A program made the translations under genes and the position numbers. 64,000 nt of DNA from Octopus vulgaris (taxonomy: Eukaryota). The stretch is taken from assembly GCA_951406725.2 (NCBI GenBank), contig OX597814.1, positions 57,474,001 through 57,538,000 of the forward strand, written 5' to 3'. The notes below the pieces were generated by a model. The model saw only the letters and a list, made by a program, of their open reading frames with translations. It had not been told where the DNA came from and made no database searches. Of the stretch, positions 40,490 through 51,555 are shown piece after piece; position 1 is the first letter of the stretch, and every line of letters starts with the position of its first letter.

Positions 40490-41760
40490 CGAGGGGGTAT
40501 CCAAAAGTTACCGGAGACGTCCTCAGTGGGACAAGCCCTTTGTAGTTCAGGATTCCACCGCTAGAAGCTACTTACTGCAACCCTCAGGCATCAGTCTGCT
40601 CACCGGCGTTGTCGAGTGAAGTCCTACTGCCAGGTGTTGCGTCTTTATTTTGAAGTGCTTCTCTCCTGTTCGTCGGTTTTTGTAATGGCTGAAACGTAGG
40701 AACATCGTGCTTCCGTGAAATTCTGGGGAAAACGGCGGCCGAAACAGTTGCCATGCTTCAAATAGCTTACAAGGATGCTGCTATAAGGAAAACACAAGTT
40801 TACGAGTGGTTTTCACGCTCTAGGAATAGTCACTTGTCGTTTAAAGACCCACCTCGTTCAGGGTGACCATCGACCTCCCGAACGAATGAAAACATCACGA
40901 AAATTCATGAACTGATCTTAGAGGACCGTCGGCGAACAATTGACGAACTTGTTGATATAACTGGCGTATCCTAGAATTCCTGCCAACGAATTTTGAGCGA
41001 GGCTTTGAAGAGATGTAGCAAAATTTGTGCCTCGCTTGCTCGGGGAAGATCTAAAACAGTCACGACTTTATGCGTGTCCTGAATTGAAAGAGCTGTTGGA
41101 AGTTGATCCGAACCTTTCTTCGAAGGTCATCACTGGTGGTGAAAGCTGATGCTTACGGGTACGACCTGGAAACAAAGCAGTAGTCAAGTCAATGGAAGCA
41201 TTCAATGTCACCACGTCCCTACAAAATCGCGTCAAGTGAAGTCCAATATGAAGACAATGCTTATTTGTTTCATCGATGTGAAAAGTATTGTTCACAAAAT
41301 TTGTTCCTCCTGGTCAATCTGTTTACCAGACATTTTGCTTGGCAGATCTGAAGCGTTTGCGAGATGCGGTGAGACGAAAACGTCCCAAGCATTGACACAC
41401 TCGAGAGTGGTGGCTTTATCACGACAATGCGCCCTCGCACACCGCCTTCAGTGTGAAACAGTTATTGCCAAAAATGGCATGCCCCCACTTACCCACCCTC
41501 CCTAATCGCCCGATCTCCCTCCCTGCGACGTTTTTCTGGTCCCCCGAATGAAAATAGTCCTTAAAGGAAAACGTTTGAAGGTGTGGAAAAGGCGAAGAAA
41601 AAACGAAGGAGGCGTTAAAAGGCACCACTTCGCCAGATTTCCAGGACTGCTTCGAACAGTGAAACAAGCGTCTGGACTGAGTCGTTGCTTCAAACGGAGA
41701 ATACTTTGAAGGCGACAATAGTGTAAACATGTAAAGCTAAGTGAATAAAATAATTACACA
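40490..41760 (+). mobile_element. Mariner element, heavily degraded; 3' TIR not seen
   Basis: TA|cgagggggtatccaaaagt 5' TIR; KFVPRLL, VITGGES, YHDNAPSH, SPDLPPCD, NGEYFEGD. Confidence 0.85.
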
Positions 41761-41919
41761 ATTCAGTTTCGTATTTTGTTTTACTTGAGTAAGAATTATT
41801 AAACCTTATGTTTCTCATTTAGTTGAAATATTTTAAGCCAGATGTAGTTGTATGGTTTGTCGCAACTGGATTTATTCAGTCGTTTGGGGAATCGTCAACG
41901 AAGGACTTTTCCTTGCTAT

Positions 41920-42325
41920 CGTTTATCTTTCAATTGTTTCAGTCATTGGATTTCAGCCATTCTTGGGCACCGCCTTGAAGGGTTTGCTCGAACAAATCAC
42001 TCCAAGTACTTATTTTTTTGAAGTCTAGTACTTATTCCATCAGTCCCTTTTGCCGAAACGCTAAGTTACGAGGATGTAAACAACCTAACATTGGTTGTAA
42101 AGCGGTAGGGGAGTGTACAAATACAACATAAATACCAGCACATACGTATCTATATATATGTGATAGACTTAACTCAGTTTCTGTATATCATATCTACTCA
42201 CAAGGCTTTGGTCAGTCTGGGACTATAGTAAAAAACCATTAACTAAGGTGCCGCGCAGTGGGAATGAACCTAAGACCATGTACTTGGAAAGCAAGCTTCT
42301 TAACCAGACTGCCACACCAACGCCT
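41920..42325 (-). mobile_element. tRNA-derived SINE (OR-like)
   Basis: Reverse complement of the 26418 family. Confidence 0.8.
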
Positions 42326-42411
42326 ATCTTACGCTTCTTTTCACAACTGTATCATGTTTTACTTCTTTACTTGGTTCTTTTACTTTCATTGTCATATCTG
42401 TTATATTTCTT

Positions 42412-42624
42412 TTTATCTCTTCATTTCTTTACTTGCTTCAGTCGTTAGACTGCAGCCATACTGGGACACTGCCTTGAGGAATTTAAGTCGAGCTAATCGA
42501 CCGCATTACTTTCTTTTTAAACCTGAGACTTATTTTTGCCGATGCGCTATGTTACGGGGACGTAAACACACTAACACCAGTTGTCAAACGGCGGTAAGAC
42601 ACACACACACATACACATGCACAG

Positions 42625-42666
<42 letters not shown>

Positions 42667-42820
42667 GCACGACAGATTTCTTTCGGTTTCTGTTTACCAA
42701 ATTCACTCACAACGTTTTGGTTGACTCGAGGCTATAGTACAAGACACTTGCCCAAGGTGCCACGCTATGGGACTGAACCCAGAACCATGTGGTTGGGAAG
42801 CAAACTAATTACCACACATA
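42412..42820 (-). mobile_element. tRNA-derived SINE (OR-like) with internal (CA)n
   Basis: Reverse complement of the 26418 family. Confidence 0.82.
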
Positions 42821-43619
42821 TTTGATCTGTATATTTATTTAGTGGTAAGTATGCTTAGTTTTTGAAGATTGCGTAGAGTGCATGTCTCATAAACGTTTGT
42901 GTTACAGTTTGGTTTCTTGCGCTTTGTAAATGTTTGTTGTAAGATATCTGGTGCTTTTTTTCTCACCGGTGGTGCGTGTTCTGTCTAAATATAAACTACA
43001 GAGACCTTTTTTTTAATTGTACAAGGCCTCTTCTGCTCTGTCTAGAGATATAAAAGCACTGCGTGTCAGCGATTAGATGATATTGTCTGAATTTTGTTAA
43101 TTTTTCGTTTAGTTTTCTTTTTTTAGATCTCTTACAATTACATTTTGTCTCACTGAAGACATTGCCTACATTTGCCTTTCGTGCTGTGTATTTATGGCAT
43201 CTATTTTACTCTTTGCAGTAGGTGTCCCCCTTTAGAATCCTTCTAATCCGTTAGAATAATTCCATTTGGATAAATTTTTTATCAGATATTGTGTCTGTTC
43301 ACCTTTACTGATTTCGGATACTGATTTAGTTTTCTGCTTCTAATTCTTTATTGCATGATTGGTTTCATTGTAAATGTTTACTGACTTAACCAGTTCAGCC
43401 CCATTAAGAATAGGCTTGATATTATTGTCAATCTCCAATCACATTCTTTTCCTGAAGTGAATCGTTGTTCTACCCTATATACAAACTGTCAAATATCAGA
43501 GGCGTGTCTTATATTATTAAAAGATGTGTGTGTGTGTGTGTGTGTAGCATCTTTCATTCCAAGATTTGGTATTTTGTCAATGCTGGACGACTTTCGGTTG
43601 AATTTTCTTCGTGTGGTTT

Positions 43620-43678
<59 letters not shown>

Positions 43679-43722
43679 AGCCACTACACACATTATTTTA
43701 TCTCCATTTTTTTTTCTGTGTC

Positions 43723-43760
43723 TCTTTCTGTGGAAGAGCGTAGGCTCGAAGCGTAAAAGA
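43723..43760 (+). ncRNA. Minimal hammerhead-like motif (degenerate)
   Basis: UCUUU-CUGUGGA-A-GAGC-GUAG-GCUC-GAAG-C-GUA-AAAGA, in a ~180-bp unit (43675-43855) next to (TA)n; homologous to 48940-49200. Confidence 0.5.
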
Positions 43761-43864
43761 CTTTTTCTATTCCTGAGCGTTATACTAATACATCTGTTTG
43801 TTTTGTACACCACCTGTCTTCGTCTTTTGTCTTTTTCGTGAACTCTTCCCCTATATACATAGAT

Positions 43865-44057
43865 TTGGCTTGAAACTTTGACACAAGGCCAGCAATTTCG
43901 GGGGAGGAGATAAGCCGATTACATCGATCCCAGTGTTTAGCTGGTACTGAAAGGAAAAGTCAATCTCGGTGGAATTTGAACTCAGAACGTAAAGACAAAC
44001 GAAATGTATCCAAGCATTTTGGCCTGCGTGCGAACGATTCTGCCTGCTCGCCGCCCT
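43865..44057 (-). mobile_element. tRNA-derived SINE (OK-like)
   Basis: Reverse complement of the 61563 family. Confidence 0.78.
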
Positions 44058-44099
44058 GGTTTCTTATATATATTAATCAGACATAATCATTAGATAAAT

Positions 44100-45820
44100 T
44101 CTGTTATAGTTACAGGGCTCAATGTTTCATTGTTTTTTCCTGTGGAACATTTTCAAACATTCTATGTCAGACCTAAGTAGCTTAATTTGGTGTTGAATAC
44201 GCTCTTGCCAAAAAGGTTTTTTGTGAGAATGTCGTTTTCTAATCTTTTCACCACATAGAATCGTTGAAATTTTTGCGGATGCATAGTACAGGTGGTTGAG
44301 CTCTGTAATATCAATATCATTAGCTGAAATTATATCATTAAGTGCCAGGCAGATTTTATCAATTATTTTCAGGTTTTGGTTAGAATTGAAAATTTTTGTG
44401 AGAGTATCGCGTTCATTCATGCTGGTTTCTTTAATTTTCAGCCATTCAATCATGATTTGATTTTTTAGATCATGTAGCTCTGTTGGGTCAATTTCCGTGT
44501 GACTTTCTTCATCTATCTGATTTTCATCTGCCTTAGTGTTTATAGTTGGTTCAGAGAGTTTTCACTTTGCTTATTAGTTATATTAACCCTTTCAGTCATT
44601 ACTGCATTTTATCAGCCTTGGGCTGGTCTATAATTATTTCGTCTGTAGTATCTTCTTTAGCTGGAGCTTCGTTCTTTTTATCCCTTACTGCTTGTATAAT
44701 TTGGTCAATCTCTACTTCAGTTAGTAAATTTTTTTCATAATGTTTCTTCTGACGTTGGCAAGTTTGTTACTTTCTTTGTAGGGTCTTACTTCAAGGTGTT
44801 TCTGTCTCCAGTTTAAGTAGGTTTGTACAGTATTAGATTTATTTGTGGGGAAATATATGGCATGGTAGAAGGCCGTAAGAACTTCCTTATTATCTTCCCT
44901 AGACCATTTCTAATTCTTTTTCATTTGGTTGCTTGATGACGAGCATGGATGGCCATCTATTTTAATATTCCGGTTGTGGGGTACTTCCAACTCCTGTGTG
45001 TCGGGGAGATTTGAACCAGTAGCTGATTTCTCGTTTCGAATCTGGTTCCTCATTCGAGTACGTGGTCTTTTGTAATCCAGTCGATGACCATTCCGGTTTG
45101 TATTTTGCTTTATAACAGTGAGGCATGATGAGCTTCGACGTTGACATTAGGGGATAGATTTGTCTGTTTAGGGTTAAGTTTTTGAGACAACACCGTCACC
45201 AAGTTCTCTGAATGTAAACATTGCTCGTACCGTAGCTTCGTAAGACTAACAGATCTGTATTCGTCTGTATTTTTTTGTTGATAGGCTTATCTCCGAGCAT
45301 AGTTTTTGTGGTGTTTTTAAACTTATGAATGTTTCACCCCGTCGGTGTTAGTTCGAAAAAAATAAATAAAAAAGTTTTGTTTTTGGTTTTTGCTTCGTTT
45401 GTGACACGTGTTTTCATATGCTTGAATGTGTGTCCTGTAAATTTCACGTAGTTGTGTAAACATTGGGATGTATGAGTAGTCCTATGGGTATCAAAATGTA
45501 TATATGATTGTGTAGACATTCGAGTGTGTGCGTAATTACTCAATTTATGTACTTACAGTTTTGTTCTATTTCTATTTTATAATTTGTAAACTTTCCGCTG
45601 TTGACTTCGTGTGTGTGTTTCGCACGTTTCACTGAGACATCGTGCATAGGAGAAACTGTGCTTTGTATGGCAGTAAAATTTCGTTTTTTTTAGCATTTTC
45701 GTTAAAAGACTGCTTCCTCCAAAGGTTCCTTTATCTAATTCCATCGATGTTATTGGATTAGATTTGTTTTTGAATGGGGAGCCCGGTGTAGCACTTCCAT
45801 GTTGTTATTCAGCGCGGGGC
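44100..45820 (-). mobile_element. 5' portion of an R4/Dong-type non-LTR retrotransposon
   Basis: KWSREDNKEVLTAFYHA..KLANVRRNI..LTEVEIDQII and DITELNHLYYASA..KPFWQERIQHQIK.LRSDI resemble the R4-clade ORF N-terminus; abuts an (AAT)n tract. 5' boundary uncertain. Confidence 0.7.
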
Positions 45821-45822
45821 TG

Positions 45823-45823
45823 C

Positions 45824-45862
<39 letters not shown>

Positions 45863-45885
45863 CATTGTTGTTGTTGTTGTTGTTG

Positions 45886-45932
<47 letters not shown>

Positions 45933-45935
45933 GTG
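45823..45935. repeat. (ATT)n/(GTT)n microsatellite
   Basis: Direct observation. Confidence 0.97.
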
Positions 45936-46063
45936 ATGATAATGATAGAAAACGTTGCACAGTATCCAATATTGTGATGTAGACTGAAGATTTTGCGTGT
46001 ACCTGGAAATTTGTACTTGCCAATTTTTGCAATACACCAAGATTGTTGGGTATGCCTAAAGTG

Positions 46064-46123
<60 letters not shown>

Positions 46124-46124
46124 C

Positions 46125-46410
46125 GAGTGAGAGAGCAGTGCATGCCATCAAAGTGACACTGGGGTGAAATATACGAAGCCCAATATACCCATCATGACTA
46201 CCCGTCTGATAAGGGTACACCAGGTACATGCATCACAACCATATGTGCGCGACATGGTGATCTTATATCAAGATAAACAGCACATGACCTTGCAGGTGGG
46301 GCCCAGTTAGAATTTTCTTCAGGTTGAGTAGCCCATCCCGCTCAAAAGGTCCCTGAATAAGGGTTGTTTAAGGATGTTGAAAGAACCACCCATGTTTCCA
46401 GAGGTGAATA
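46125..46410 (-). mobile_element. 5'-truncated copy of the (AAT)n-targeted retroposon
   Basis: Reverse complement of 24860-25143; (ATT)n on both sides. Confidence 0.88.
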
Positions 46411-46477
46411 TTATTATTATTATTGTTATTCTTGTTGTAGTTGTTGTTGTTGTTGTTGTTATTATTATTATTATTAT

Positions 46478-47095
46478 GAAAAGAGCTTATTTTGTTGGAT
46501 ATGATGGAAAGCGTCAGCTGTCCACAGCCAGCAGACTAAGGTAACACTCGTTTACTGGTCATGCTTCAAGAACCTTGCGAAGAATTCTTGCAGTTTCAAG
46601 CAATGGTAATTTTTCTAGGTGTTCTACAGTCACTCTTGCACCAATCTTTTTCAGCCATGTTGGAAATTGAGTGCTGATACTTCCAAGTGCACCAATTGCT
46701 ACTGGTATCTCGTCTTCTCTCCTCATTAACGACAACTTCCGTATCTTCCACTGCAAATCGTCATAGTTGTTTATTCTTTTCTTCTTTCACATTGATCCTG
46801 TTTTCACCAGGGCATGCTTTGTCGATAATCATACATGTTCTTTCTTTTTTATTCACCACAACAATGTCCGGTTTCCTATGTCTGGTCAGGTGATTGCACT
46901 GGATCATTGCATCCCATAGGATTTTGCAGATCTCATCTTAGGTGACTCCTTCTGGAGTTTTCTCATTCTACGTTTTTGCTCTTTGCTCCCAATAGATCAT
47001 TCTTGCCACATTGTCATGGCATTATTTGTATTCACGTTGTGCCAAATTCGGGCATTCGCTAACGATGTGCCATACCGTTTCACCCCTTTCACCAC

Positions 47096-47096
<1 letters not shown>
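46478..47096 (-). mobile_element. 5'-truncated R4/Dong-type element (CCHC knuckle + RLE)
   Basis: CGERGETVWHIVSECPNLA, HRKPDIVVV..MIID, IPVAIGALG, TARILRKVL. Confidence 0.88.
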
Positions 47097-47177
<81 letters not shown>

Positions 47178-47178
<1 letters not shown>

Positions 47179-47456
47179 TGTCTTTGCACAGCTTCTAACG
47201 CTGGAAATGTACTGCGGTGTCAGCTGTTCACTACCAGTGAACTAAGGTAACATCTTTTAATTTTCGAGCACCATCCGGAGTAATCGAGCGGTTCCAAGCA
47301 ATACTGTTTTCTGCAAGTGCTCCACCCTTATTGCGGCCCCTAGTTGTTCCATGTACTTCTCAAGATTTTTACTCTCTTTTCCCAGGGCTCCGACAACTAT
47401 TGGTACTACTACCACCTTTTTCAGCGACCACAACTGCTTAACCTCTCAAGCTAACC

Positions 47457-47460
<4 letters not shown>
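47178..47460 (-). mobile_element. RLE non-LTR 3' fragment between triplet microsatellites
   Basis: VVVVPIVVGALG..LEKYMEQLGAAIRVEHLQKTVLLGTARLLRMVL. Confidence 0.85.
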
Positions 47461-47550
<90 letters not shown>

Positions 47551-47581
47551 ATTATTATTATTATTATTGTTATTATTATTA

Positions 47582-48025
47582 TGGCGATGAGCTGGCAGAA
47601 TCGTTAGCACGTGGGGCAAAATGCTTAGTAGTATTTCATCCGTCCTTACAATAGAAATTTTGATGAGGTTAACTTTGCCTTTCATCCCTTCGTGGTCGAT
47701 AAAATATATATTTCTTTACTACCCACAAGGGGCTAAACACAGAGGGGACAAACAAGGACAGACAAAGGGATTAAGTCGATTACATCGACCCCAGTGCGTA
47801 ACTGGTACTTAATTTATCGACCCCAAAAGGATGAAAGGCAAAGTCGACCTCGGCGGAATTTGAACCCGGAACGTAACGACAGACGAAATACGGCTATGCA
47901 TTTCGCCCGGCGTGCTAACGTTTCTGCCAGTTCGGCGCCTTAAAATATATACCAGTTGATTACTGGGGTAGATGTAATCGACTTATCCTCCTCACCCAAA
48001 TTTGCTGGCCTTGTGCCAAAATTTT
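47582..48025 (+). mobile_element. tRNA-derived SINE (OK-like) interrupted by a nested SINE
   Basis: Head 47582-47710, tail 47941-48025. Confidence 0.8.
47711..47940 (-). mobile_element. Younger OK-like SINE with a different tail; 11-bp TSD
   Basis: TAAAATATATA at 47700-47710 and 47941-47951. Confidence 0.88.
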
Positions 48026-48079
48026 ATCATCATCAACATCCTCATCACCATCACCATCACCATCACCATCACCATCACC

Positions 48080-48117
<38 letters not shown>

Positions 48118-48126
48118 TATCATCAA

Positions 48127-48171
<45 letters not shown>
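48026..48171. repeat. (CAT)n/(CACCAT)n microsatellite
   Basis: Direct observation. Confidence 0.97.
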
Positions 48172-49042
48172 TTGAGTCGATTAAGGTGTCTGGCAAACAC
48201 AAGCAGTGAAATCTACCTACACAACCCTTCACATATACAAATACCAAAGCAACAGACAATCAGTTAAGACGTACACACACGCTCCTCACATGTTCTATAT
48301 TTGTCCTAACAGAGATACCATCTATCAAACCGCTAAATTTAGGAACTGACAAAAGATAATCTATTCTCTCCCTCACTCGATCATAAACGCTGCAGCAAAA
48401 AATCTGGCCATATCCCTAGAGGATGCAATAAAATTAACTGAAACGTTTTCAAATAACCTTAGATTATTTCTATTCTCCTTCAAGCATTGACCTTCCTATG
48501 CGCGCGCACACACATACATACACGCACGCATACACACATACACACAGACGCACACAGACACAGAGTAACACAACAGACGCCCACCCATGCACGGACACCG
48601 AGCCCACACAATGCAGTCCTTAACTATCAGATTTACGCACTTCTACACAGATGTATAAACAAAAGTACACAGACAAACATATACACGCACAAATTCTATA
48701 CATGCACATTACGCATACACATAGTTTCACCAAAACACCCATTACCAAATATTAGGCTTAGGGACCAACTGAGAGTCGTTTAGTCTATCTTGACATTGCC
48801 TTTCAAACTTCTCTCATGGCTGCAACTTCGCGGTAAAAGAAACAACACGATGATATGTATAACTGTCATCGTTTGTCACACACATACATGCATTTATATA
48901 TATACACATATACATAAACACACACGAGCACGCACAGAAGTATATGGAGTTCAAATTTACAGAAAACAAAAGACGAAGACAGGTGTAGGGACACCAAGAA
49001 CAAGCAGGTTTATTAGTTTAACGCTCGGGACGAATGGAAAAG

Positions 49043-49080
49043 TCTTTTACGTTTCGAGCCTACGCTCTTCGACAGAATGG
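49043..49080 (-). ncRNA. Minimal hammerhead-like motif, core variant CUGUCGA
   Basis: Minus strand: CUGUCGA-A-GAGC-GUAG-GCUC-GAAAC-GUA-AAAGA; palindromic ACGU helix III. Confidence 0.55.
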
Positions 49081-49554
49081 ATGTAGGGGGGAAAAAAGAA
49101 AACGGAGAGAGATAAAATGGGCAGTGTTCAACAGTCGAACATGACGAGATGATAGGAAAAAAAGAGGCTGAATGAACGGGAGATAATAATAATAATAATA
49201 ACGTTAACGGTGACCCCATCGAATTAAGGTGCGCAAGCGCGTGCGTGTATATGAGAATAGTGTGTGTGAGTGAGTATGTGTGAATGGGGGCGAGTGTGTG
49301 AGTACGTATGTGTGGGCGAGTGTGTGTGCATATAGACGTGTGTATATGTATGAGGCTAACGTGTATGTGTGCATGTGTGTTGTGTGTAGCAGTTGATGTG
49401 TGCTTGTTCAGGCATTGGGTGCACGTGTGTATGTGTGTGTGTGTCTGTCTGTAAGCAAATAGTGTGCATGTGGGTAGTGTATGTTTGTGGGCGAAAGTTA
49501 TCTATATCTATGCGTGTTGCATAAAATTTGAAACCCTTATATATATATATATAT

Positions 49555-49760
49555 AATGGTTTCAAATTTTGACACAAGGCCAGCAAACTTGTGGGAGAGG
49601 GTAAGTCGTTTACATTGACCCTAGTGCTCATTTATTTTATCGACACAAGAAACGACGAAAGGCAAATTCGACCTCGGTAGTATTTGAGCTCAGAATGTGA
49701 AGACAGACGAAATGCAGCTGAGTATTTTGCTTGTCGTGCTAACGATTCTGCCAGCTCACC
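49555..49760 (-). mobile_element. tRNA-derived SINE (OK-like)
   Basis: Reverse complement of the 61563 family. Confidence 0.78.
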
Positions 49761-49762
49761 TA

Positions 49763-49845
49763 GTCCGAGCACCGAAGTTAAGCAATGTCGAGCCTAGTGA
49801 GTACTTAGATGGGTGACCTCTTGGGAAACCTAGTGCTGTAAGCAT
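49763..49845 (+). pseudogene. 5S rRNA-derived sequence (3' two-thirds) fused to a SINE tail
   Basis: gtccgagcaccgaagttaagcaatgtcgagcc..agtacttagatgggtgacc..tgggaa..gtgctgtaagc matches metazoan 5S from about nt 37 to the end (box A, IE, box C). Confidence 0.88.
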
Positions 49846-49915
49846 CTCACACTTAAAGGCGGCGCTCCAGCATAGCCGCAGTCAAATGACTGAAACAAAT
49901 AAAAGAATAAAAGAA

Positions 49916-49975
<60 letters not shown>

Positions 49976-49987
49976 TATATATATATA

Positions 49988-50073
49988 TGTTGTTGTATTT
50001 AGGAATGACCATTTTGCCAGTTTAGCCAATATTGGCTAAACTGGCAAAATGACCATTCCTAAATATAACAACA
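49988..50073. repeat. 86-bp spacer-less near-perfect palindrome centred on AAT|ATT
   Basis: tgttgttgtatttaggaatgaccattttgccagtttagccaat / attggctaaactggcaaaatgaccattcctaaatataacaaca (3 mismatched pairs); lies between (TA)n tracts. Confidence 0.93.
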
Positions 50074-50128
50074 TCCGTTTCAACACACGATTTCACATCA
50101 AGAATCTTGTCAAACAAATATATAAACG

Positions 50129-50181
<53 letters not shown>

Positions 50182-50631
50182 CATATATATATGTAAAATC
50201 TATACACACATGCATATATATATATTTACATATATATTTATGCAAAACGTATTCATGTATATATATATATATAGGCATATATATACACACACACATAAAT
50301 ACCTAAATACACACGCACGAACACCTACGCACGCGCGCACACACGCCGCTACACATACTCACACACACAAACAGCGTCCTTCTAGTCACACCGTTAAGTC
50401 TGCACCTAGTGTATTTACGAATTAATGAGTGTGTCATTGAAAATGACACAGAAATAAATGCCTTTTTTCCTAACTTTTCTTTGATGTAATATTTAACTCA
50501 TGTTGTTTATGATAATTTATTTACAAGCTTCTTGTAAAGGTTTCTTTTTCGTGTCATATAGATACTCTTTTCTTTTTATTGTTTTTATGTTTGCTTTCTT
50601 TTCATGTTCAAAATATGAGGTATTTAAAATA

Positions 50632-51063
50632 TCTTTCTATTATAGGCAAAAGGCCTGAAATTTTTGTGAGAGGGAGTATATATCAATTGGGAGACATATA
50701 TACATCGATTCCAGTACTCGACTGATACTTATATTATCGACTCTGACAAGTATGGAAGGTAAGTCGATCACAACGAAATTTGAACTCAGAATGTAAAGAC
50801 GGACGAAACGTCGACAAGCATTTTGACCGGCGTTCTATCGATTCTTTTCTACTCTAGGCACAAGACCCGAAATTTTTGGGGAGGTGGCTAGTCGATTAGA
50901 TCGACCCCAGTACGCAACTGGTTCTTAATTTATGAAAGGCAAATTTATGAAAGGATAAAAGGCAAAGTTGACCTCGGCGGAATTTGAACTCAGAACGCAA
51001 AGACAGACGAAATACTGCTAAGCATTTTGCCCGGCGTGCTAATGTTTCTGCCAGCTCGCCGCC
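50632..51063 (-). mobile_element. Two adjacent OK-like SINEs (50632-50843 older, 50844-51063 younger)
   Basis: Two tandem reverse-complement matches to the 61563 family. Confidence 0.8.
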
Positions 51064-51124
51064 TGAACATTAAAATATCAGGAGGTAAAGAGAATGCTTT
51101 ACTTTAGGATATGGCGTATCTTTG

Positions 51125-51555
51125 ACCTTTTATCCATTACTTGTTCTTGCCATTAGACTGCGGCATGCTGGGGCACCACCATGAAGACTTTTTAGTCGAA
51201 TGAATAGACTCTAGTTTTTTTAGTAAGCGTGCTACTTATTCTATCAGTCTCCTTCGCTGAACTGCTAAGTTACGGGGACGTAAGCATACCGACACAGATT
51301 GTCAATCGGAGTTGGGGGGAAAACTGATGCAAAGATACACACGCATGGTAGACGGAAATTGGAAGAGGCCCATCGTATATATATATATATATATACGGGC
51401 TTCTTCCAGTTTCCGTCTACCAAATCCACTCACAAGGCTTTGGTCAGCCTGAGGCTATAGTAGAAGACACTTGCCCAAGATATCCCGCAGTGGTACTGAT
51501 CCCGGAATCATGTGGTTAGGAAGCAAGCTTCCTATCATGCAGCCACGCATGCGCC
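51125..51555 (-). mobile_element. OR-like SINE containing an internal inverted duplication
   Basis: Reverse complement of the 26418 family; fold-back at 51346-51422. Confidence 0.8.

Noticed and set aside
47956-48267. Poly-His / poly-Asp ORFs
   Set aside because: (CAT)n microsatellite plus SINE sequence.
49763-49845. Functional 5S rRNA gene
   Set aside because: First ~36 nt are missing, there are several substitutions, and there is no oligo-T terminator.
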